Assembly: GCA_963796685.1 (NCBI GenBank)
Contig: CAWCMR010000025.1
Span: 2,016,001 to 2,080,000 of the forward strand
From: an uncultured delta proteobacterium
Lineage (GTDB): Bacteria > Myxococcota_A > Polyangia > Fen-1088
Direction of reading: 5' to 3'
DNA: 64,000 nucleotides
Shown here: piece after piece, positions 1 to 8,381 of the stretch
Numbering within the stretch: position 1 is the first letter of the stretch
Layout: the number at the start of each line of letters is the position of its first letter
The notes under the pieces: generated by a model
Told to the model about the DNA's origin: nothing
The model's input: only the letters and a program-made list of their open reading frames with translations
Database searches by the model: none
Translations under genes and position numbers: made by a program

Positions 1-26
1 AAAACCGCGGCAGACATGGCCTCATC

Positions 27-1580
27 ATGCGATTGACTCCCAAGAGAGATTTCAGGATTCGCGCGGATCGCAGCTGGTCGCACGCGTGGAGTATTGCTTG
101 GGTGGGGACTTTGACGGTCCTTTTCGGCGCGGCCTCGTGCAGTCACGGCTCGCGAGTTTCAACCAAGCAGGATGCCTCAAGCATCGAAGCTGAGGCCTCG
201 ACGGAGACTGGAGCCGATTTGTCGCCAGACAGCGAAGTGGAAATCGGGCAAGACCGCACCATCGAATTCTCTTCGGACGGCGGCCAGCCATCGTTGGTCG
301 ATGGCGCTGTCGAGCTCACTGCAGACAGCGGCGGCAGCCAGCTCCTTCCAGATGGTGGCGGATCAGCTACCCAGACTGACTCGGTCGATGGTGGCGGACC
401 AGTCACGGGCGCAATTCTCTCCACATGGGGGGGACATGGCTTCCCGGGGCGCCAGGTGATCATCGGAAATCAGAGCACTGTGACCGATAGCGTTGGAGGA
501 TTCTCCTTCGAACAGGTGGCTGAAACCTACGACGTCGTCATGGTTGAGCCGGGCGGATGGGACGTCTCTGTCTACTATGGATTGACGAAGCGAGATCCGA
601 TTCTGTCAGATAGCGGGAACGGTGGTTCTAGCCTGGATACCCTGATGCAATCCGTCTCGATCACTGGGACACTGACCGCGGATTTTCCGTTCCCGGTCGA
701 CTCGTCGCATCTTGTCACGCTGTACTATCTCGCTGATCGCGGACACGGAGCTGTGCAGGTCGGGAATGGTCTTGCCAGTGCTGGCCCGGGCTACGGTCCG
801 ATTTGGGTGGGATGGAATGGAGACACCTCGATCACCGGAAGCCTGGTGGCTGTTGGGCAATACGGATTGGCGGGCGCGCCCTGGACGACGGCCTTTCTGG
901 CAAGCAAGCCGCTTTCGCTTGCCAGCGGCGACGCGCCCACCGTGGATCTCGCTCTGGCTGAAGTTTCAACCGGGCAGATCGGCGGCACCGTTCAAATGTA
1001 CAACGGCAACGCAGTAGAAGGAGTCGACTTCACCTATCGTCTCACGGGCATGATGGGTGCCATCGAGCTTGGTCGATGCAGTACGACGGGCAAATACAGT
1101 TGCGGGATTCCCGATCTGAGCGCGCTAGGTGGTGACTACTGCGTGTCTATCGTCGATGTTCTGGGGTTTGCCCAAGCGAAAAGGTGTGGCGGCGCGATCG
1201 GCCTGAGCGATTTCTCAGTCCAGGTTCAGGCTCCGCCGGAATTCCAGAAGCCGGCAGACGGTTCGCCCATTACCAAGGACTCAAAGTTGTCATGGACGGG
1301 CATCTCGAATGGCGTCTATATGCTTGACCTGAGCCCTGACAGCCCCTCGGTCGCCTCACCCCACATCCAGGTCTACACGACTGCGACCCAACTTCTCTGG
1401 CCGGACCTTCATGCGATCGGGGTAGAGTTTCCGGCAGGCGCGACCTATACCTGCCAGGTTTCCGGGCTCTCGCCATATGCGTCGATAGACGACCTGGCGT
1501 CATCGCGAGGGTTGTTCAACGATCAGATGGATCGTCAATGGCTAGATTCCACCACGATAGACCTCTCCCTGGTTCAATAG
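27..1580 (+). CDS. Hypothetical secreted lipoprotein (Ser/Gly/Asp-rich linker, beta-rich C-terminal domains)
   Basis: 517-aa ORF; hydrophobic N-terminal stretch ending in lipobox-like AASC; DGG-rich linker typical of myxobacterial lipoproteins. Confidence 0.7.
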   Translation: MRLTPKRDFRIRADRSWSHAWSIAWVGTLTVLFGAASCSHGSRVSTKQDASSIEAEASTETGADLSPDSEVEIGQDRTIEFSSDGGQPSLVDGAVELTADSGGSQLLPDGGGSATQTDSVDGGGPVTGAILSTWGGHGFPGRQVIIGNQSTVTDSVGGFSFEQVAETYDVVMVEPGGWDVSVYYGLTKRDPILSDSGNGGSSLDTLMQSVSITGTLTADFPFPVDSSHLVTLYYLADRGHGAVQVGNGLASAGPGYGPIWVGWNGDTSITGSLVAVGQYGLAGAPWTTAFLASKPLSLASGDAPTVDLALAEVSTGQIGGTVQMYNGNAVEGVDFTYRLTGMMGAIELGRCSTTGKYSCGIPDLSALGGDYCVSIVDVLGFAQAKRCGGAIGLSDFSVQVQAPPEFQKPADGSPITKDSKLSWTGISNGVYMLDLSPDSPSVASPHIQVYTTATQLLWPDLHAIGVEFPAGATYTCQVSGLSPYASIDDLASSRGLFNDQMDRQWLDSTTIDLSLVQ

Positions 1581-1594
1581 GGCCAGAAACCGTC

Positions 1595-2071
1595 ATGCTG
1601 TTTCGCCGCTCTAGACATTGCCAGGTTGGGCTCCTTGGCTGTCTCGCAGTAGTGGCAGCCATGGCCGGCGCTGGATGCAAGCCGACGGGAAACTCGCAGC
1701 AGACCCACACCGGGACCGTCGAGCCTCAGCGGGATGCAGTGGTCGCGCCCAGGGCGCCCGCCGTGAAGGCCGCATCAACTCCGACGAACGAGAAGACAAG
1801 CGACAAGACCCGCAAGTGCGAAGAAATCTGCCGGATAGCAGTCCCGCTCCATTGCACTCACCAAGACGAATGTGTGCAGGGATGCGAGTCCATGGCCTCG
1901 GCGCCTATGTGCAAGGCCGAGCTCAATCGAATGTATGACTGTTTGCTTCGGCAGCCGGTCGAGAGCTGGGAGTGCGATGAAAACGGGGTCGGTGCCATCC
2001 GTGACCCGTTCTGTGGCAAGGAGCAAGCTGCAGTGGTGAATTGTGTAGGGGGCAACCTCGATAGGATGTGA
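1595..2071 (+). CDS. Cys-rich lipoprotein
   Basis: ATG at 1595, 14 nt after the upstream stop; signal peptide ending GAGC; C-terminal domain with about 10 Cys (CEEIC, CVQGC, etc.). Confidence 0.7.
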   Translation: MLFRRSRHCQVGLLGCLAVVAAMAGAGCKPTGNSQQTHTGTVEPQRDAVVAPRAPAVKAASTPTNEKTSDKTRKCEEICRIAVPLHCTHQDECVQGCESMASAPMCKAELNRMYDCLLRQPVESWECDENGVGAIRDPFCGKEQAAVVNCVGGNLDRM

Positions 2072-2183
2072 CGGTCCGCGCAGAGGAGGGCCAGAGGGTG
2101 GTGGCCGCTGCCGACAGGACTCGGGGGCCTTCCCGCCACTCCCCCCCTCGCGCTTTGCGCTCGTGACCTGACAGCATGATAAG

Positions 2184-3011
2184 CTACCGCCCAGCACCGA
2201 AATGGCATGCCCGGTCACCCTCTCGGAGTAGCGGAGTAGCAGCGCCGCCGCTTGGCGCGTAGTCGCGACGCGCGTGGTACTTGGCCATGCCCATCGCCAG
2301 ATCGCGCTCGACGGCCAGGTCTTGGGGCAGGGAAGCGGGCAAGCGCGCAAGCTCGTCGAGGGCCTCCTGGAAGTGGTGGCCCTTGGACAGCGTGGCTGCC
2401 CGCTGCAGACGCTCGCTCGGCGATGGCTCGCTGGCCACCGGTCTGTCCACGGTGGTCGGCGCCAGCAGTGCGGCGCGCCTGCCGGCCTCGTCGCCGAGCG
2501 GGTGCGCGGGAAAATCCACGTGAACCTGCATGAAGGCACGCGCCGCCGCGTCCGTCGCCGATCTGGCGTCCTTGGCGTACGGTGCCGCCTCGGCTTGTGC
2601 CTCCGCCATGCGAAAACGCGCCACCGCCTGATCGAACGCAGGTTTGCCGCCGAGGAGCTTGCGATAGGCAACGGCCGCCTCCTCGTGCTTGCCCTCCATC
2701 CACAGGCAATCGGCGACCCGTGCCGGCGCCGCTGCGGCGAAACGCGAATCGCGCTGCTTGCCCAGCTCCGAAAAGGCCGCACGAGCCTTGGCGTAGGCGC
2801 CGGCATAGAACTGACTTTCGCCCAGAAAATAGAGGTAGTAGTCCTTGTTCTTGGGCAGGGCATCGCCGAGCCCGGGTAGGGCGCGCGCGGATTCCTCGTA
2901 ATCACCAGCCCGGAACGCGGACAGAGCCTTCCCGAAGTCGCCGGCCTCCGTGCGCGTCTTGGTCGTGGCGGAAGCGGCAAGCACGAGTACTGCGAAGACG
3001 GCGGGCGACAT
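2184..3011 (-). pseudogene. TPR-repeat protein, resembling the N-terminal part of a soluble lytic transglycosylase; apparently truncated
   Basis: Signal peptide plus TPR-like helices (YYLYFLGESQFYAGAYAKARAAF); frameshift near 2255, then protein-like sequence is lost after AAALLL; no catalytic domain. Confidence 0.55.
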
Positions 3012-3074
3012 GGCCGGTAACTATAGCGCAGCCGGGAGCCGCCCAGGCCGACGGCACTCGAGATACCGAGCCCA

Positions 3075-4517
3075 TCAGCCCGCGAGCGGGCCGGGCGTCG
3101 TCCGGATGGCGACCATCTGGATATTGGTCATCTCCTCGATGGCGTAGCGCACGCCTTCGCAACCGATTCCACTTTGACGGTTTCCACCGTAGGGCATGTG
3201 GTCGGCCCTGAAGATCGGGGCGTCGTTGATGATCACGCCGCCGAAGTCGAGACGTGCGATGGCGCGAAAGACCCGGTCGATGTCGCGCGTGAACACGCTC
3301 GCTTGCAGTCCGTAGGCGGTCGCATTGGCCTGGGCGAGCGCCGATTCGAAATCGTCGCTGGCCAGCAGGGAGGCCACGGGCGCGAACGCCTCCTCCGCAA
3401 CGACCTTCATCGCGTCGTCGACCTGGGCAAGGACCGTGGGCCAATAGACGGCGCCCACGCGTTTGGCCCCGGTCAGCACGTGCGCGCCCGCACCCCGGGC
3501 CTCTTCGACCCAGTGCTCGATGCGCGCGGCCTCGCCTTCGTCGATCATGGGCCCCACGTCCACGCCCTCGTCGAGCGGATCGCCTACCACCATGGCCTGG
3601 CTGGCCTTGACAAAGCGATCGCGGAACGGCTCGTAGACCTGGCGCTGGCAGTAGATGCGCTGGACCGAAAGGCACACCTGGCCCGAGTTGTAATAGGCGC
3701 CCACGGCACAGCGCCTGGCGGCGAAGTCGAGATCGGCATCGGGGGCGACGATCACGGGCGAGGTGTTCCCGAGCTCGAGGGTGATCTTCTTGATGCCGGC
3801 CAACTCGGTGATGCGCCGGCCCACCGCCGGACTGCCGGTGAACGTGACCTTGGCGACGCGCGGATCGGCGACCAGCCATTCCCCCACCGTGCTCCCGCTG
3901 CCCACGACCAGGTTCAGCGCGCCCGCCGGCAGGCCGGCCTGGGCCAGCACTTCGCACAGCTTCACCGCGGTGATCGGCGTCGACGAGGCGGGCTTGAGCA
4001 CGACGGCATTGCCTGCCGCCAGGGCCGGCGCCACCTTGTGCGCCACCAGGTTGAGGGGAAAGTTGAAAGGCGCGATAGCCGCCACCACGCCGACCGGTCG
4101 CCGGATGAAGAAGCCGAAGTAGCCCTCGCCGGAGGGCACCGCGTCCAGGGGGACGGTCTTGCCCGCCACGCGTTTGGCCTCCTCGGACGCGATCGAGAAG
4201 GTCTGGGCTCCGCGATCGACCTCGGCCCGAGCGTATTTCAAGGCCTTGCCCGCCTCGGCGGCGATGGTGCGTGCGAAGTCTTCACGCCGCTCGAGGATCG
4301 CTGCCGAGGCCCGCGCCAAGATCTCCGCCCGATGGAAGGCGGGCAGCGCGGCCATGATGCGAGCTGCCCGCTGCGCGGCATCCACTGCGGCGTCCACCTC
4401 CTGGCGGCGCGCGGTCGAGACCGTGGCCAGAAGGTCGCCCGAGTACTTGTTGCGCACCTCCAGCGGGGCACCCCCAGGTGCCGATCGACCATCGATGAAC
4501 AGCGGGTACTCGGGCAT
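3075..4517 (-). CDS. NAD(P)-dependent aldehyde dehydrogenase
   Basis: PFNFP, FTGS, LELG, catalytic GQVC and EEAFAP motifs; AGGAGGA RBS before ATG 4517. Confidence 0.95.
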   Translation of the reverse strand: MPEYPLFIDGRSAPGGAPLEVRNKYSGDLLATVSTARRQEVDAAVDAAQRAARIMAALPAFHRAEILARASAAILERREDFARTIAAEAGKALKYARAEVDRGAQTFSIASEEAKRVAGKTVPLDAVPSGEGYFGFFIRRPVGVVAAIAPFNFPLNLVAHKVAPALAAGNAVVLKPASSTPITAVKLCEVLAQAGLPAGALNLVVGSGSTVGEWLVADPRVAKVTFTGSPAVGRRITELAGIKKITLELGNTSPVIVAPDADLDFAARRCAVGAYYNSGQVCLSVQRIYCQRQVYEPFRDRFVKASQAMVVGDPLDEGVDVGPMIDEGEAARIEHWVEEARGAGAHVLTGAKRVGAVYWPTVLAQVDDAMKVVAEEAFAPVASLLASDDFESALAQANATAYGLQASVFTRDIDRVFRAIARLDFGGVIINDAPIFRADHMPYGGNRQSGIGCEGVRYAIEEMTNIQMVAIRTTPGPLAG

Positions 4518-4647
4518 GGCTCCTCCTGCGTGACTCGTTAAGCGTAGCAGCCCGGGCCCGGCTGACGGGAGAGCTACCCGTGGAGCGCGCGGGCAAATCG
4601 TCCGTGCTGGATAACTAGACATCGGTCTGCTATAGCGGACACATACC

Positions 4648-5391
4648 ATGACGAACGATCTGCGAATCGATTGCGCGAAAGCCCACGAGAGGCTCGGACC
4701 GCTTGCCGCCGAGGAGCGGATCCAGTGGGCCGCCGAGACATTTTCCGACGATCTCGTGCTGCTCTCCAGCATGCAGAGGACAGCGGTGGTGTTGATGCAC
4801 ATGGCCCACGCCCTCCGTCTACCAAACGAGATCCTCTTCCTCGATACCGGTTACCACTTTAACGAGACGCTGCAGATGCGCGACGAGTACATGCGGCGCT
4901 ACCACATGAACATCGTGACCCTGTATCCCGAGCTGACGATCGAAGAGCAGGAAGCCAAGCATGGCAAGAAGTTGTACACGTGCGCGGACGGTCAGCCCGA
5001 GTGTTGCCGCTTGCGCAAGGAGATCCCGTTGCTGCGCCACCTGGCGACGAAGAAATGCCCGGTGACGGTCAACGGATTGCGCCGCGCCGAGGGGGGCAAG
5101 CGGGCGGACATCCTGGCCATCAGCCCGGATCCGCGTACGGGCGGCTACGGATTTTCGCCCATCTTCGATTGGACGTCCGAGGACGTGCAGGCCTACATCG
5201 ACAAGCACGCGCTGCCGGTCCATCCCTTGTATGCGAAATGCTATGCCAGCATCGGATGCTCTCCCTGCACCACGCCGATCGCGCAGGGGGAAAACCCTCG
5301 CGCGGGCCGCTGGCGGCACCTGCGGCCGCCCGAGGCCGAGGAGGCGCCCAAGTACTGCGGGGTCAATTTCTCCGACGGCAGCGGCATCTAG
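4648..5391 (+). CDS. cysH: Adenylylsulfate/phosphoadenylylsulfate reductase (CysH family, Fe-S APS-reductase type)
   Basis: FLDTGYHFNET, CCRLRK, SIGCSPCT and RAGRW motifs. Confidence 0.88.
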   Translation: MTNDLRIDCAKAHERLGPLAAEERIQWAAETFSDDLVLLSSMQRTAVVLMHMAHALRLPNEILFLDTGYHFNETLQMRDEYMRRYHMNIVTLYPELTIEEQEAKHGKKLYTCADGQPECCRLRKEIPLLRHLATKKCPVTVNGLRRAEGGKRADILAISPDPRTGGYGFSPIFDWTSEDVQAYIDKHALPVHPLYAKCYASIGCSPCTTPIAQGENPRAGRWRHLRPPEAEEAPKYCGVNFSDGSGI

Positions 5392-5553
5392 GAGGCTGGT
5401 GCTAAATGGCGGACCGAGCTCTGGCGGAGCGAGGAGCCCCGGTTGCGAGGCGCGACGAGGGCGAATACTGGACGTATTTAACCGACGAGCAACGAAGCGG
5501 GCGGGACCCGCAGCCCGCCAAGCGACGGGAGCCGTTTGACACTAGCTTCCTAG
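5388..5553. mobile_element. MITE-like element, about 158 bp, with imperfect terminal inverted repeats and flanking CTAG
   Basis: Left end CTAG-GAGGCTGGTGCTAAATGGC and right end GCCGTTTGACACTAGCTTC-CTAG are near reverse complements; CTAG at 5388-5391 and 5550-5553. Confidence 0.65.
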
Positions 5554-5572
5554 AGCCGGTCGCGCCGAGCCC

Positions 5573-7045
5573 TCAGACCTTTGCTGAGCCGTCGAAGCGA
5601 ATCGCCACCAAGGAAACGTCGTCGTTGGGGCGGGCGCACCAGGCCTGAAGCTTCGTCCACACCCGGTCGCACAACTCATCCGTCGAGCCTTCGCCCCACG
5701 TGGCGATCTCGCTACGCAGTCGTTCGATGCCGAACATGTCGCCCGTCTTGTTTCTCGATTCGATGAGACCGTCGGTGAACGCGACCAACAGATCTCCGGG
5801 ATCGAGGTGGATCTGCAAGTCGACCGTGGTCGCCTTGATATCGGGTATTGCGCCCAGCCATGCACCCTGCGTCGAAATGGTCTCGCAGGTTCCTGTTCGC
5901 GCCCTGCGGATGAGCAGCTCCTCGTGACTGCCAGCAAATACGACACGCCCATCTTCGAACACGCGGAGAAGCACGAACGTCACGTGGTCGTCGCTCTCAA
6001 GGCGCTCGCGAATGTTCTTGTACATCACGCTGTTCAGCAGCGTCACAAGCTCGCTCGGCTTGGCGCCTGGTCGAGCCGCCGTCAGCGTCGCCACCGCACT
6101 CTGGAGCATGAAGGTGATAAGACCGGCCTCCAGGCCGTGTCCCGACACATCGCCAACTCCAATCCAAGCCCCGTCGGCAACCGGAAGTACATCGTAATAG
6201 TCGCCACCGACCTCTTCAGCCGGCACCATGCGCGCCGAGATGGTGATGGACGGGGCCGTGGTCGATTTCGGCAAGATCGACGTCTGGATCCGCCGAGGCA
6301 GATCGCGCAGCTCTCGGTTCCTGCTGGCCAACTCCTGGGTGCGCTCGCGAACGCGTTGCTCGAGGGTCTCGTTGGCGGCGAGCAGCTGCCCGGCCGCTTC
6401 CTGCAAAGCCTGGTCCCGCTGCTCCAGGGTCGAATTGACCTGCCGAAGCCTTTTCTTGTCCAGCTCTAGCTCAGCCACCAGGAGCGCATTCGCCAACAAG
6501 GACTCCACATGTTGGGCGGCATTGTTGAAATGTGCCGCGTCGCTTTCCAGAAACGGCGACTGAAAGGCGGCCTTGGCGTGGTCGAAGCCTGCCGCCATCA
6601 AGATGGGTGGACGCCCGGCGCACGCGATTCGACTCCACATGAATTGATGCAGACCAAGCGTCTCGGCCAAGGCCGCCACGCCGGAAGGAGTCGAAGCTCC
6701 CTTGGGATCGTTACACAAGCCCCAAGGCTGAGCCTCCAGCAACGAGCGCGCCTCGATGGGCAGTCGACAGTCCGGGCCGGTGGGCGCGAGGGCGTACAAG
6801 GCTTCCGTGCGAACTTCCAGCAGCAGTACCCGCTGTAGCCGCAACTTGGCGACGAGGGTTTTTCGGATGTGGCTCCACACCTTCTCTGGCGAAGCGCCTC
6901 CATTCAGGAACAGGTCGGGCAGCGCTTGTCCGAAGACCAACCATGCCGCAACCTGATCGAGCTTCAGGCGCAGCTCGAACAGCTCTCGCTCGCGCTGTAG
7001 CAAGAGCCTGGCCTTTTCTCTCAGAAGGTGCTCCTCGGCTACCAC
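5573..7045 (-). CDS. PP2C/SpoIIE (RsbU-like) protein phosphatase with N-terminal sensory region and coiled coil
   Basis: VGGDYYD, GDVSGHG, FTDGLIE and DDVSL motifs; LEQRVRERTQEL signalling helix. Confidence 0.92.
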   Translation of the reverse strand: MVAEEHLLREKARLLLQRERELFELRLKLDQVAAWLVFGQALPDLFLNGGASPEKVWSHIRKTLVAKLRLQRVLLLEVRTEALYALAPTGPDCRLPIEARSLLEAQPWGLCNDPKGASTPSGVAALAETLGLHQFMWSRIACAGRPPILMAAGFDHAKAAFQSPFLESDAAHFNNAAQHVESLLANALLVAELELDKKRLRQVNSTLEQRDQALQEAAGQLLAANETLEQRVRERTQELASRNRELRDLPRRIQTSILPKSTTAPSITISARMVPAEEVGGDYYDVLPVADGAWIGVGDVSGHGLEAGLITFMLQSAVATLTAARPGAKPSELVTLLNSVMYKNIRERLESDDHVTFVLLRVFEDGRVVFAGSHEELLIRRARTGTCETISTQGAWLGAIPDIKATTVDLQIHLDPGDLLVAFTDGLIESRNKTGDMFGIERLRSEIATWGEGSTDELCDRVWTKLQAWCARPNDDVSLVAIRFDGSAKV

Positions 7046-7097
7046 GAAACTAGGAGCCTAGCAGAGGAACCGGTTTGTAGTAAGGCTTGGCAAACGC

Positions 7098-8294
7098 TCA
7101 CCGCTCTTCGTCGGCCAAGACGAGCAGCGGGTAGCTGTAGTTGTGAAAAGCCGGCCTGCCCGCGCAGGGGCCGATCTCGCCCCAAGCCATCATGCCCAGC
7201 CATGCTGCCTCGGGTGCCACGGCGGCGCGCAAGCCCTTGTGTTCCTTGCACGTGTTCGCTTCACCCAGAAACGGAAAAGTTCGGGCTGCGCACTCGAAGC
7301 CAAGCACGGCCCAGGGGCGGCGCCGTTCCAGGCGGGCCGCCAGATCGCTGGCCATGATCTCCGTACCGCCCAGGACCTTCTCGATGGTCCTGTGATGCAA
7401 CATCACTCGCGTTCCCTCAGGCACCGCGGCCTGGAGGATGATGGCGCCGGTCTGCGGGTCGAATCCAAATGCGCCGCGGATCAGGCGCTCCACTTGACCT
7501 CCGGGCCCCTTCCTCTCCACACCGAGAGCCCAGGTCGCAAAGTGGCTTTGGTGCACCAAATCTTCGCCCCGGCAACCCGTGGTTTCGCGCCAAACGTCAC
7601 CGGCCGGGCGGCCATCCATCTCCAGCACCTGATTGCCAGCGGCCTTGGTGACTACGCTGACGATTCCACTTGGGGCCGTGCCGTGGCAGAGATCCATTTC
7701 CAGCGCGAAAGGGCCGGACAACGCCATGCCTACGACCCCGTGAGAAAGAACCTCCCTGTCCCAGTACTGGAATGTTTCGCGCGGAGGTCCCCAGGGCTGG
7801 CCAGCGGCCCCGCCCACGAGTGGGCACTCAACCTCATGCTGCAATCCTTCGAGGATCGCTTCGACATCGGCTCCGCACAAGGGATCGTAGAGCAGCACCA
7901 CGACCTTGGGCGCGCTGCCGAGGTTGTGCCTGAGCGCTTGTCCGAGCCGGCGCCCCTTTTCCTTGGAGCCATTCTGGATCTCTCGCTCGACCGCCGCGGC
8001 ACAGACGAGATCGCTACCGCCGAAGCCCATGACCCCCAGCGCGAAGCCATCCTCGGTCAGGTGATCATTGGACACCAACCCCTGAACAGAGCAGCCCAAC
8101 AACGGAATGTCCTTGCCGAGCACGTCGCGCAGACCCGCCAGCACCGCCGGCTGGTCATGGTTCATGGTGGCGTAGACGAGCACCACTTTCGGCACCTCGG
8201 CGCCGAACTGCGCAAGAAGTTCCCTGCCGGCACTTCGAGCTGCATCCAGCGATTCCGGCTCATCAGAAAAGACACTCCGCGCTAGCTTCCCCAT
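7098..8294 (-). CDS. FIST domain signal transduction protein
   Basis: PLLGCS, LVGGAAG, GFECAAR, GMMAWGEIGP and FHNYS motifs of FIST_N/FIST_C. Confidence 0.9.
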   Translation of the reverse strand: MGKLARSVFSDEPESLDAARSAGRELLAQFGAEVPKVVLVYATMNHDQPAVLAGLRDVLGKDIPLLGCSVQGLVSNDHLTEDGFALGVMGFGGSDLVCAAAVEREIQNGSKEKGRRLGQALRHNLGSAPKVVVLLYDPLCGADVEAILEGLQHEVECPLVGGAAGQPWGPPRETFQYWDREVLSHGVVGMALSGPFALEMDLCHGTAPSGIVSVVTKAAGNQVLEMDGRPAGDVWRETTGCRGEDLVHQSHFATWALGVERKGPGGQVERLIRGAFGFDPQTGAIILQAAVPEGTRVMLHHRTIEKVLGGTEIMASDLAARLERRRPWAVLGFECAARTFPFLGEANTCKEHKGLRAAVAPEAAWLGMMAWGEIGPCAGRPAFHNYSYPLLVLADEER

Positions 8295-8381
8295 CTTGAC
8301 CTCCTGCCGGTGGATTCATCGGGCAGATCTCAGGACCCGTCAAGTGAGGAACGGCGGCGATAGGGAGAACCTTTAGCCGCT

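Noticed and set aside
5406-5648. 80-aa ORF MADRALAERGAP...
   Set aside because: Lies inside the MITE and overlaps the phosphatase 3' end; likely spurious
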